A stretch of 64,000 nt of DNA from Eledone cirrhosa (Eukaryota): the NCBI GenBank assembly GCA_964016885.1, contig OZ024743.1, positions 172,174,001 to 172,238,000 of the forward strand. The letters run 5' to 3'. Under the pieces are notes generated by a model. It searched no databases. It was not told the DNA's origin and saw only the letters and a list, made by a program, of their open reading frames with translations. Below, piece by piece: positions 35,204-47,300 of the stretch. Positions within the stretch are counted from its first letter, which is position 1, and every line of letters starts with the position of its first letter. Both the position numbers and the translations under genes were made by a program.

Positions 35204-38200
35204 ATTGGTTTATTTAAATTAGATGAACAAAAATTGGCCGGGCAGGCTCGGGTAATAAGAACTAATGGATGGATAAGCGAGCTGGAACTGGAGGAACTGA
35301 GCAGAGAGAATGGCTTGGAGATGGCGGGTGTAGTATGCCAGACAAGCGAGCCAGTGGGAAATGAAGGTGAAGAGGTCCTGAGAACGGAGGAACCACCCGA
35401 AGCAGACAATGATCTGAATACTGAGATAATTAATACCTGGAACAGAGATACGGCCACTGAGGAGATGAATGCTGACGGGCTAGGACAAGATTCGGTTGAC
35501 ATCCTAAATTTAGTGGTAGATGAATTGAACAATGATAGTGGGAGACCTATGAACCTAAGATTTGTAGACAGGAAAAAGTTCAAAGAAACAACAGCTAAGG
35601 TAAACAAAGTCATCCCATACCTTGAGGCGAGGAGCTTTCACCAGTGCAACAATATCCTCAAAGCAACAGCAAATACGGTGAGGAAACTACTTGGTATAAA
35701 AGCGAGAGGAAACAACAGACAAGAAAGAGCAGAGCCGTGGTGGAAGAAGCGACTGAGTGGGCAAATCGGGGAAATGAGAAATAACATAGGAAAGCTTGAG
35801 TCACTACTGAATGGGACACTAAAAAACATAGGCACTAAAAATAGACTGGAAATAAAATACAAAACTAGGAGTAAAAAGCTAAATATTATCATAGAGGAAT
35901 TGAAGCAACGCATTGTAGCAAAGAGTGCAAAAATCAGGCGATACGAGAACAGAGTCAGTCAGTATAAACAGAACCGCATGTTCGACAACAACCAGAAGAT
36001 GCTGTTTGGACAGCTTGAGGGGAAAGAAAGAGGCAACGACTTGATCCCTGGGGCGGAACAAACTAAAACATTCTGGAGAGGAATATGGGAGCAGGATGTT
36101 AGACACAATGCCCAGGCAGGGTGGATTGAGACAGTACAGAGGGAGATCGGTGAGCAGGCACAACAACAAACTGATTTGAGTATCACAGTTGAAACTCTTA
36201 AGGGGCAGGCCAAAAAACTAACCAACTGGAGATCACCAGGCCCAGATGGTGTGCAGGGGTATTGGATTAAACATTTAACATCCCTCCACCCGAAGCTGAC
36301 GGCCATGTTCAATGACTGCTTGGTGTCGGGTGAGGTGCCAGAGTGGTTGACAAAAGGTACCACAGTTCTGATAATGAAAGACCGAATCAAGGGTAATGAT
36401 GTTACCAACTATAGACCTATCACATGTCTGTCCGTAATGTGGAAACTGTTGACGAGCATTGTGTCTGAGGAAATCTACCATCACCTCCACACAAACAACT
36501 TGTTACCGGACGAACAGAAAGGATGCCGAAAGAAGTCACGTGGTACAAAGGACCAGTTGCTTATTGATAAGATGGTAATGGGGAATTGCAGGAGGAGACA
36601 CACTGATCTTGCCATGGGATGGATAGACTACAGAAAGGCATTTGACATGGTGCCTCATTCCTGGATCACCAAAAGCCTGGAGATCTTCAGGGTGGCAGAT
36701 AACATCAGACAGTTGCTAGGCAGGAGTATGGGGTCCTGGGAGACAGAGTTGACATCAACTGGAGTATCCTTGGGAAGCGTGAAGATCAAGAGAGGTATCT
36801 TCCAGGGAGATAGCCTGTCCCCTCTGTTGTTTGTCCTTGCCCTGATGCCCTTGACCATTATGCTGCGAAAAGTGAGAGCAGGATACAAGTTGGGAAGGGG
36901 AGAGCTTACCATCAATCACCTCCTCTTCATGGACGATCTTAAGCTCTTCGGGAAAAGTGAGAATGGAGTTGGATGTGCTTGTTGACACTGTCCGTATTTT
37001 CAGCAGTGATATATGTATGCAGTTTGGTATTGGTAAATGTGGAGTCATTGTGATGAAGAGGGGTAGGTTGAGCAGAAGTAACGGGATCCATATACCAACA
37101 GGTGAGATGATAAAGGAAATTGACTCTGAGGAAGGATACAAGTATTTGGGCGTTCTGGAGGCTGATGGCATAAAGAACAAAAAAATGAAGGAATTGTTAA
37201 GAACTGAATACATTCGGAGAGTAAGGAGCGTATTGAAGTCACATCTGAACAGCAGAAATGCCATAAGCGCAGTAAATTCCCGAGCTGTGTCTATTATCAG
37301 GTACAGTGCGGGAATTCTGAGATGGAATGTTGCTGAACAAAAAGAAATGGATAGGAAGACTAGGAAGCTATTGACTATCTACAACATGTTCCACAAGAGG
37401 AGTGATGTCGATAGACTCTACCTAAGGAGATCTGAGGGTGGAAGAGGTCTTATCAGCATAGAGGACTGTGTTCAGATGGAGAAAAACAACCTATACAAAT
37501 ACGTGACCTATAGTAAGGAGCCAATGCTCAGAACTGTACTGAAGGAGGGGATAGTAGGCCAGGGGATGTCCAAGGAGGAAATAACATCAAGGAGGAAGAG
37601 CAGCCTTAAGGGAAAACCCCTTCATAGTACCTTCTTTGAGAAAACTGAATTTAGAGATCCACAGACATGGAACTGGTTGAGAAGAGGAGACCTCAAAAAG
37701 GCTACAGAAGGAATGCTAATGGCTGCGCAGGAGCAGGCCCTCAAAACGAAGTGGTTGAAGCACCATATCTACAAGGAGGAGGCTAGCCCACTGTGCAGGA
37801 TCTGTGGAGAGAGAGAGGAGACTGTGGCTCATATTGTGTCCGAGTGTAAACACCTAGCCCAGACCCACTATAAGGGCTGGAGACACGATGTGATGGGCAG
37901 GGTGATCCACTGGCACCTGTGCAAAGTAAACAATTTACCACATTCTGAGAAATGGTATGAGCATAGGCCAGAGGCGGTGATGGAGAACAATCAGGTGAAG
38001 GTGCTGTGGGATTTTAGGATACAGACGGACAAAAAACTGGAACACAATAGACCTGACCTGGTGGTTGTGGACAAAGAAAAAAGATCGTGCCTGATTGTGG
38101 ATGTGGCCTGCCCGTTCGACACGAGAGTGCAAGAGAAGGAGAGGGAGAAAATTAACCGATACCAGGACCTAAAGTGGGAGGTGAAAAGGATTTGGAACTG

Positions 38201-38440
38201 CCATGAAGTCAAAGTGATCCCGATTGTCATAGGCGCACTGGGGACTATCTCCAAAAGTTTCCAGGGATGGTTAAAGAAACGCGGCCCCTTCACGCTTTTT
38301 GGAACGCTTCAAAAGGCATACTTGCTTGGAACAGCAAGAACCCTCCGATACGTCCTGAATATCTGAGGCTGCAGGTAGTGGCTTGATATTCAATCCAACG
38401 GACTTTCCAGTTAACCAACATCAATGACTGAGATTCAAGG
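35204..38440 (+). mobile_element. Dong-B copy B5, 5'-truncated, frameshift at 36964
   Basis: ORFs 35150-36985 and 36957-38366; family B 3' UTR and tail. Confidence 0.92.
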
Positions 38441-38452
38441 AATAACAACAAC

Positions 38453-38488
<36 letters not shown>
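38441..38488 (+). repeat. (AAT/AAC)16 spacer
   Basis: Read directly. Confidence 0.97.
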
Positions 38489-38489
<1 letters not shown>

Positions 38490-38711
38490 TTTTCTTTATT
38501 AACCACAAGGGTTTACATAAAGTAGACATTAAGTACAGTACAGGACAATACAGGACGGTACAAATGGGCATTTCTGCGTGTAAAAAATAACAAAGACAAA
38601 TTCCCCAATAGGGGTAGACTTCCGAGGGACATTTGTGGAGAAAGCCCATTAAAAGACCACAGTGAATCTGACCACCAAGGCAAGTGCCCTCTCCCAGTTT
38701 CCACCTTTAAT

Positions 38712-41700
38712 TTACAGACACATACTCAGAGTATTATTCATTCGGGCCATTCTTGCTTCTCTCACCCATCTTTCAACAAAATGCTGGGAAGAGAGCATTT
38801 TCCTCTCTACCCTGATTTTCCTTTTCAAATGAAATTTGAAAAAGTTAATCAGGGCATCACCGAAGAGGTAAGTGCTCGTCTTCAGCCTTTTCAAACGTAT
38901 CCACCATACCATCTCTTTCGCCATGGCCACCAGACATATGAAAACTGCCTGCCCTTCCCGGCTAAAGGAAGAGGGCGGAGCAATCCTCACGATGGACTCA
39001 GCTGATAGCTGGATCCGTCCTACACGTGACAGCAGGTGTTCGACATAAACCCACAAGTCAGCAATGCTCGGACACTGGACGAGTGCGTGCAGGACGGTTT
39101 CGTCGCCCTGTGCGCGTCTCGGACATGCCCGGCTGACGGAACCTCCATGCCTGTAGAGTTTATCCCGAACTGGCAAAGCACCCCGGTAGCACTGCCAGGC
39201 CAGGGATTTCTGGAAGTTGTCCATAGGCCCCGGCCCGAAAGTCCTTCCGAAGAGATTGGCTAGTTGATTTTCGTCGACGTCTAGAGTTTCTCCAAGTACG
39301 TCGTCGCTCTTCCCCTCCACTAATCCCCTATAGGACGCCAAGGTGGAGTTTCCACCCATCACATTGCCCGATTGGTCGAGGGCTGTGAGCGCCTGAAGAC
39401 ATTCCAGTCTCCAAGCGCTCCCTCTCGGTCTTCGCTTGACCCAGGACTGCAGCTCCTTCAAGGAGACGAGCTGGGGAAAAACGTGTCTAGCAAACGGCGA
39501 CCACACCTGATCACCGTCGAGGAAGAGGTGGAGATGTCGTAGCCTGAGCGCGTGTCTGCGCATCATCAGCCACGGCTTGCCCAGCCTTACACGTAGCGGG
39601 TGTTGACAGCAGATGGACCGCCTGACCATCGGAGCGCGTCCCTTCCACACGAAGCGAAAGAGCAAACGCTCCAGCGCAGTCAGGCGGGGCTTAGGACAAG
39701 GTGCGACGGTCAGGCGGTAGTAGATGACGGACGCGATGTACGAGTTAGCCACCTCCGCTCGACCTTTCAGGGATAGCTTCCTCTCGGCGCATTTCTGGGT
39801 GAGAGAAGCCACCCTGCTCGTCACCTCGTCCCAGTTTTTGTCCGTCTGGAGGTCTGGACCGAACCAGACCCCTAGCAATTTAACCGATCCGTCCGTCCAG
39901 CACCGGACGACGCTGTTGGACGGCATGGACCTGCCTCTCCAGGTTCCGAACTGCAGGCCCACTGACTTTTCCTGGTTGATCATTGCTCCTGTCACCGCTT
40001 CGTATTCTCTTAGTGTAGTGCCGATCGCCTCGATGTGTTTGACGTTCGACACCACTACGGTAACATCGTCCACATATGCTGACACGGATCTTCCGCATCT
40101 TAGTTCGCGCGGGAGCTCCCTCAACGTCTCCAGTTTGTGCAGTAATGGCTCGAGAGTCAATACGTACAATAGGGAGGAGAGGGGTCATCATTGGCGGACC
40201 GAGCGCATGATGTTCAACGGTTCCGAAAGGTGACTGTTCACTCTCACTACAGAGCAGATGTCGCTGTGCATGGCAGCGATCCAGCCTCTGAAGACGGGCC
40301 CAAAGCCAGCCGCCCTCAGGACTGCCGCTAGGTAACGATGGTCGACCCTATCGAAGGCTTTCGATTGATCTAAATTGATCAACGACCCACCCGTGCCAGG
40401 TTCCCTAGCTACCCTCTCTACTATGTATCGCATGAGGTCGTGGAGGGATCTGTCGGGAATGGCGCATGTATGTGCTTCTCCCACCAGACCACCAACGACA
40501 AGCGCCAACCTCTTTGCTAGCACCTTGGCCAAAATCTTGAACTCTGTGTTTAGCAGAGTTTTGGGCCTAAAATTATGTTATCCCCCTTGTTCGGATCCTT
40601 TCTCAGCAGCGCCACCGCTCCTCGGCTCACAGAGCTGGGAATTCTCCCGTTCAGTTGCCAGTTGCAGTAGACGTCCGCCAATAGGCGTTCGAACAAGTCT
40701 GGCATTTGTACGTAAAGTTCATAGGGCAGACTATCTAAACCAGGCGATTTACCCCTTGTGCAGGCAGTCATTGCCTCACGTACTTCAGCGGTTGTTATCG
40801 GCTTTTCGCAACACTCCGCCTCAGTGGCCGAAAGCCGCGGCAGTCCGTCGAGGTAGACACTAAAGTCCATCCCTCGATCCGACCCGCCACTGCCCCCGAA
40901 CAGTTGAGCGAAGTGTCGCTGAAAAGATTCACACATTTGCCCGGGATCGAGTAGCATGCGCCCGTCGTGGTCCACCAAAGACCGGATCGTGGCTTTATTG
41001 CCACGACGCTCCTCCGCCACTCGGGCCCATTGAACGGCTTTCGTCCCCTCGTGTCTGAGAGCACGCACCCTAGCTCTGACAACGCAGCCTTCGTGCTTTG
41101 CATTTAAAAATTGGTCAAGGGCCAATTTCGCCGCAAGTACGTCGGTCGCGATGCCTTTGCTAAGCGCCTCTTCTAATTTTTTAACTAATTATCCCTCTGC
41201 TCTATTTTTCTCTATTGCTAAAGCCTTACTAAACCTAATGGACTCTATTCTAATTGCTCTTTTCAGAGCAAACCACCACTTGTTGTTGACGATGGCCCCC
41301 GACAACGCCCGCTTAACTAGTTCGCTAATCCGGTCTCTGTAGGCCTTGCGCGCTGGTAAGGACGCGTTTAGCTTCCCGTAGCCGGGTCCTCGTCTATGAG
41401 GCCTATCTAAGTCAAGGACACAGATCACGAATTTGTGGTCCATGTAGCTGACTATCTTGAATTGTGGACACCCTATGCTAGACCTATCTATTTCCCTACA
41501 AAATACTCTATCTAGATATGATCTGGATGACCCTATGCGATTTGTCCAAGTCCACATTGGCACATTCGGGAAATCCATTCGGTACCTGTCAAACAGTTCA
41601 AAACGCCTGAGCAGGTTGGTGAGACTCCTGCACCCTCCTTCCCTATCCACTAATCCCACACAATCCCAGCGTGCATCTAAGATCCCGTTCCAGTCGCCCA

Positions 41701-42115
41701 CTAACACTAAAGAGCGGGACCTTCCAAGAAAGGTCTCCAGACGCCGGAAGATATCAGGCCGCCCTGCTCCTGTCGGGGCATAGACGGCCACTAACCTGAA
41801 AGCTTGCCCTTCTCCGCTGTTCACGTCCAGCACCACCAACTTACCTTCTGGGTCCAGGAAGATGGCCCGTATGGCGATATCCAAACCTCTCCGAAAAAGA
41901 ACAGCAACTCCTCCCCCCGATCCCGGACAGCTGGGAGATGCGTACACATCGTAGCCGCCGAAGATCGGTGCGAAGGCCCGTGCTTCGGAGATTCTGGTCT
42001 CGCTGATGGCCACTACATCTATGATTAGTGACCTGAGGTCGTTGAGCAGGTGGCCCTTCTTCCATGACGACCCCAAGCCACGCGCATTTATGCTGCCTAT
42101 TCTGAGTGAGGTCAT
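38712..42115 (-). pseudogene. Tx1 ORF2 (APE-RT) with stops and a frameshift; YVDD
   Basis: Fragments 41189-42115, 40550-41125, 40188-40532, 38712-40169. Confidence 0.88.
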
Positions 42116-42149
42116 GTTGAAAAGGAGTGGAAAAGATGGGAAAGACCAC

Positions 42150-44148
42150 TTACCTTACTTCTCGTAGGGGAAGGACGGTTTTTCCATCCTTTTCACTGCT
42201 TGTGGCCTCCTCAGGAAGGATGTCCTTATAAATCCTCCTGGAGAGTGCTTGTCGGAAGTCTCCGATGTCTTTGGGGAATTTTTGTTTTCGTGTCATGTAC
42301 GTTTTCTGTGCGATGCGAGTGATTTGTATGTGTGGAGGTGGTGTGAATTTTGGGGTTGTTGTGTAGTCTTTTTCTGTGATGCTGGTGTTGTGTTGGATGT
42401 AGTGTAATAATTGCTTGTTGTTCAAATTTAATGCTGTGTAGTGTGTATCGTTTTGGTTGTTTTGTTTTGTTTGCGTTTGTTGTGGGTTTGTTTCTGTTTC
42501 GCATTTTGGTGACTTTTGTGGTGTAGGTGATGGTGGTGTTGGGGTTAATGATGGTGATGGTGTTGGTGTTTGGGTTGATGGGGTTGGTGATGCTGGTGTG
42601 GATGGTGGCATATCTGTCCTAAATTTTTTGTTTGTTAATTTATTTGTTTCCCTCTGTATTTTGTTTTTGGAGGGGGAAGGAAGAGAATTTTTTCTTTTTT
42701 GGTTTCTTTTTTTTTTCCTGATACCGTTTCCCACTCCTCGTCGTCACAATCTGTCTCCAGTTGTGATAGGCCGGGGAGTGGAAAATTCTCCACAGGCGTT
42801 AGTTTTGGTTGTGGCGTGGTGGATGGTGTAGGCGCTGGTGCTAGTTCTGAAGCGTTGGGTGGTGGTTGTGTTGGTTTTGCTGGTGGTGGTGGTGTTGGTT
42901 TTGCTACTGTTGCTGGGGTTGTTGCTGTTATAGTTGCTTCTGTTGTTGCTGCTACAGTTGTTGCTGCCATCTCTGCTACTGGTGGTGTTGATGGTTGTGT
43001 CACTGGGGTGGGTAGGAGAGGTGGCCTCAACCTTTTAGCCTGAGGGCAGAAAGCCCTTAGGTGGGTTCCTTCACCACAAACGACACACCTAGGCCTTCTG
43101 CCCTCGACAATTACGGTGAGGTGGCTGCCGTCAGTGAGGTCTATTACCTCTGGGATCTCCTCAATGCTTTTTTTGTCCGCTTGGATCAGGAGCTCCATCC
43201 CAGATCCGGACCAGTTCTCCTGCTTTTCTTTTGCTATTGCTATTATCTTTGTGTTGGCTTCGATGCCGGCGAGGACGGCCGCTATTAGCCAGGGAATTTC
43301 GATGGGCGGTGGAACGTGGGTCACCCTGATCTTTACGAGTCTCTGGCCACAATAGCTTGGGACGAGTGTGAAGTCGTCACTTCTTAATGGGGCCATGGAG
43401 TGTTCTCTAGCCTCCTCTGGTGTTTCAAAGAACACGTCCACCGTTCCATACTTCTGCCCACGTCTGATGTGGGTTTTTCTTGCCCACACATGTCCCAAAG
43501 CTTTTTGGATGTGGGACTCGGATGCCCGTTCCACTCGGCGCGATTTTACATTTATTGTTCGATACGACACGGTGCATAGACGCCGATGCTCCCTTTTATT
43601 AGGTGGGGCGGGGGTGAGGCTGACCCTGTACCCATCTTTCTTTACCATTTGTTTGGCATTTTCTAAATCCTCCTGAGTTACCGTAAATGCTTCGAACTGT
43701 TTTGCTACTCTGGCAAAACTCAGGGTGTTTTTTTAATGTCATTGTTGTTGTTGTTGCTATCGTTATTTTTGTTATTATTAATTTTAGTTTCAGTTGTGGT
43801 GGTGGTGACGTCATTGAAAGTCGGTTTGGGAGAGTCCATTTTGGTTGAAAATATTTCGACATCACGAGTTGATTTATTTTTTGCTTTTGTTTCTGTTGTT
43901 GCGGTGGTGGTGGTGGTGGTGGTGGTGGTGGTGGTGGTGGTTGTCGCGGTGGTGGTGGCGGCTTTAACACCTTCAGTCATTGGTAATGGCGGGAAATGAA
44001 TGTCTGCCTGAAACAAATTTAAAATATTGCTAGTGCTTAAATTGTTTGTGTTGGCAAACGTAGTATCATTTACAATGGTGGTGTCGGTGTGAGGTGTTAA
44101 TTTGTGAGGAAGGCTTTCAGCTGCTTGGTGCAGAGGTGAATTAGCCAT
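42150..44148 (-). pseudogene. Tx1 ORF1 type 2 with two frameshifts in A-tracts
   Basis: MANSP.. / ..CVVCGEGTHLRAFC.. / ..PLREVR fragments. Confidence 0.83.
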
Positions 44149-44357
44149 TTTTTTTCAAAGAAATTTTTTGATAATCATAAAAGTTTAAATTTTGTGTACA
44201 AGGCCCCAATCTTTTTGGGTGTCCTTTTCGGAAAACAATGTATGTGCGCTTATATATAGTTAACAATAAAAACTTTCCATAAATGGCAATTTTTAACAAA
44301 CGGAAATAACAAACCTTTGCGGAGCTCACGATGATACGATTTACTACGTAGGTCGCC

Positions 44358-44396
<39 letters not shown>

Positions 44397-44398
<2 letters not shown>

Positions 44399-47300
44399 TT
44401 TTTTATTAACCACAAGGGTTTACATAAAGTAGACATTAAGGACAGTACAGGACAATACCGGCCGGTACAAATGGGCATTTCTGTGTGTAAAAAAAACAAA
44501 AACAGGATGTAACAAAAAAATAACAATGAAAAATTCCATAATAGGGGGGAGACTGCCGAGGGACATTTGTGGAAAAAGCCCATTAAAAGGCCACAGTGAC
44601 CCCGGCCACCAGAGCAAATGCCCTCTCCCAGTTTTCCACCTTTAATTTACAGACAGATACTCAGAGTAGGCCCATTCACTCGGGCCATACTTGCTTCTCT
44701 CACCCATCTTTCAACAAAATGCTGGGAAGAGAGCATTTCCCTCTTTACTCTGATTTTCCTTTTCAAATGAAATTTGAAAAAGTTAATCAGGGCATCACCG
44801 AAAAGGTAAGTGCTCGTCTTCAGCCCTTTCAAACGTGTCCACCATACTATCTCTTTCGCCATGGCCACCAGACAGATAAAAACTGCCTGCCCTTCCCGGC
44901 TAAAGGAAGAGGGCGGGGCAATCCTTACGATGGACTCAGCTGATAGCCGGATCCGTTCTACACGCGACAGCAGAGGTTCGACATAAACCCACAAGTCAGC
45001 AATGCTCGGACACTGGACGATGCGTGCAGGACGGTTTCGTCACCCTGCGCGCATCTCGGACATGTTCGGCTGACCACACCTCCATGCCTGTAGAGTTTAT
45101 CCCGAACTGGCAAAGCTCCTCGGTAGCAGTGCCAGGCCAGGGATTCTGGAAGCTGTCCATAGGCCCCGGCCCGAAAGCCCTTCCGAAGAGATTGGCTAGT
45201 TGATTTTCGTCGACGCCTAGAGTTTCTCCAAGTACGTCGTCGCTCTTCCCCTCCACTAATCCTCTATAGAACGCCAGTTGGAGTTTCCACCCATCAGATT
45301 GCCCGATTGGTCGAGGGCTGTGAGCGCCTGAAGACATTCCAGTCTCCAAGCGCTCCCTCTCGGTCTTCGCTTGACCCAGGACTGCAGCTCCGTCAAGGAG
45401 ACGAGCTGGGGAAAGACGTGTCTAGCAAACGGCGACCACACCTGATCACCGTCGAGGAAGAGGTGGAGATGTCGTAGCCTGAGCGCGTGTCTGCGCATCA
45501 TCAGCCACGGCTTGCCCAGCCTTACACGTAGCGGGTGTTGACAGCAGATGGACCGCCTGACCATCGGAGCGCGTCCCTTCCACACGAAGCGAAAGAGCAA
45601 ACGCTCCAGCGCAGTCAGGCGGGGCTTAGGACAAGGTGCGACGGTCAGGCGGTAGTAGATGACGGACGCGATGTACGAGTTAGCCACCTCCGCTCGACCT
45701 TTCAGGGATAGCTTCCTCTCGGCGCATTTCTGGGTGAGAGAAGCCACCCTGCTCGTCACCTCGTCCCAGTTTTTGTCCGTCTGGAGGTCTGGACCGAACC
45801 AGACCCCTAGCAATTTAACCGATCCGTCCGTCCAGCACCGGACGACGCTGTTGGACGGCATGGACCTGCCTCTCCAGGTTCCGAACTGCAGGCCCACTGA
45901 CTTTTCCTGGTTGATCATTGCTCCTGTCACCGCTTCGTATTCTCTTAGTGTAGTGCCGATCGCCTCGATGTGTTTGACGTTCGACACCACTACGGTAACA
46001 TCGTCCACATATGCTGACACGGATCTTCCGCATCTTAGTTCGCGCGGGAGCTCCCTCAACGTCTCCAGTTTGTGCAGTAATGGCTCGAGAGTCAATACGT
46101 ACAATAGGGAGGAGAGGGGTCATCATTGGCGGACCGAGCGCATGATGTTCAACGGTTCCGAAAGGTGACTGTTCACTCTCACTACAGAGCAGATGTCGCT
46201 GTGCATGGCAGCGATCCAGCCTCTGAAGACGGGCCCAAAGCCAGCCGCCCTCAGGACTGCCGCTAGGTAACGATGGTCGACCCTATCGAAGGCTTTCGAT
46301 TGATCTAAATTGATCAACGACCCACCCGTGCCAGGTTCCCTAGCTACCCTCTCTACTATGTATCGCATGAGGTCGTGGAGGGATCTGTCGGGAATGGCGC
46401 ATGTATGTGCTTCTCCCACCAGACCACCAACGACAAGCGCCAACCTCTTTGCTAGCACCTTGGCCAAAATCTTGAACTCTGTGTTTAGCAGAGTTTTGGG
46501 CCGGAAATTTTCTATGTTATCCCCCTTGTTCGGATCCTTTCTCAGCAGCGCCACCGCTCCTCGGCTCACAGAGCTGGGAATTCTCCCGTTCAGTTGCCAG
46601 TTGCAGTAGACGTCCGCCAATAGGCGTTCGAACAAGTCTGGCATTTGTACGTAAAGTTCATAGGGCAGACTATCTAAACCAGGCGATTTACCCCTTGTGC
46701 AGGCAGTCATTGCCTCACGTACTTCAGCGGTTGTTATCGGCTTTTCGCAACACTCCGCCTCAGTGGCCGAAAGCCGCGGCAGTCCGTCGAGGTAGACACT
46801 AAAGTCCATCCCTCGATCCGACCCGCCACTGCCCCCGAACAGTTGAGCGAAGTGTCGCTGAAAAGATTCACACATTTGCCCGGGATCGAGTAGCATGCGC
46901 CCGTCGTGGTCCACCAAAGACCGGATCGTGGCTTTATTGCCACGACGCTCCTCCGCCACTCGGGCCCATTGAACGGCTTTCGTCCCCTCGTGTCTGAGAG
47001 CACGCACCCTAGCTCTGACAACGCAGCCTTCGTGCTTTGCATTTAAAAATTGGTCAAGGGCCAATTTCGCCGCAAGTACGTCGGTCGCGATGCCTTTGCT
47101 AAGCGCCTCTTCTAATTTTTTAACTAATTATCCCTCTGCTCTATTTTTCTCTATTGCTAAAGCCTTACTAAACCTAATGGACTCTATTCTAATTGCTCTT
47201 TTCAGAGCAAACCACCACTTGTTGTTGACGATGGCCCCCGACAACGCCCGCTTAACTAGTTCGCTAATCCGGTCTCTGTAGGCCTTGCGCGCTGGTAAGG

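Larger units (their letters stand above)
38489..44357 (-). mobile_element. Tx1 copy T3 (ORF1 type 2), full-length, defective
   Basis: ORF2 close to T1; different 5' UTR and ORF1; AATAAA + (ATT)n 3' end. Confidence 0.92.

Noticed and set aside
42700-43740. Programmed frameshifting in type-2 ORF1
   Set aside because: Shifts fall in A homopolymers and T5 differs at these sites; mutation or sequencing error is more likely
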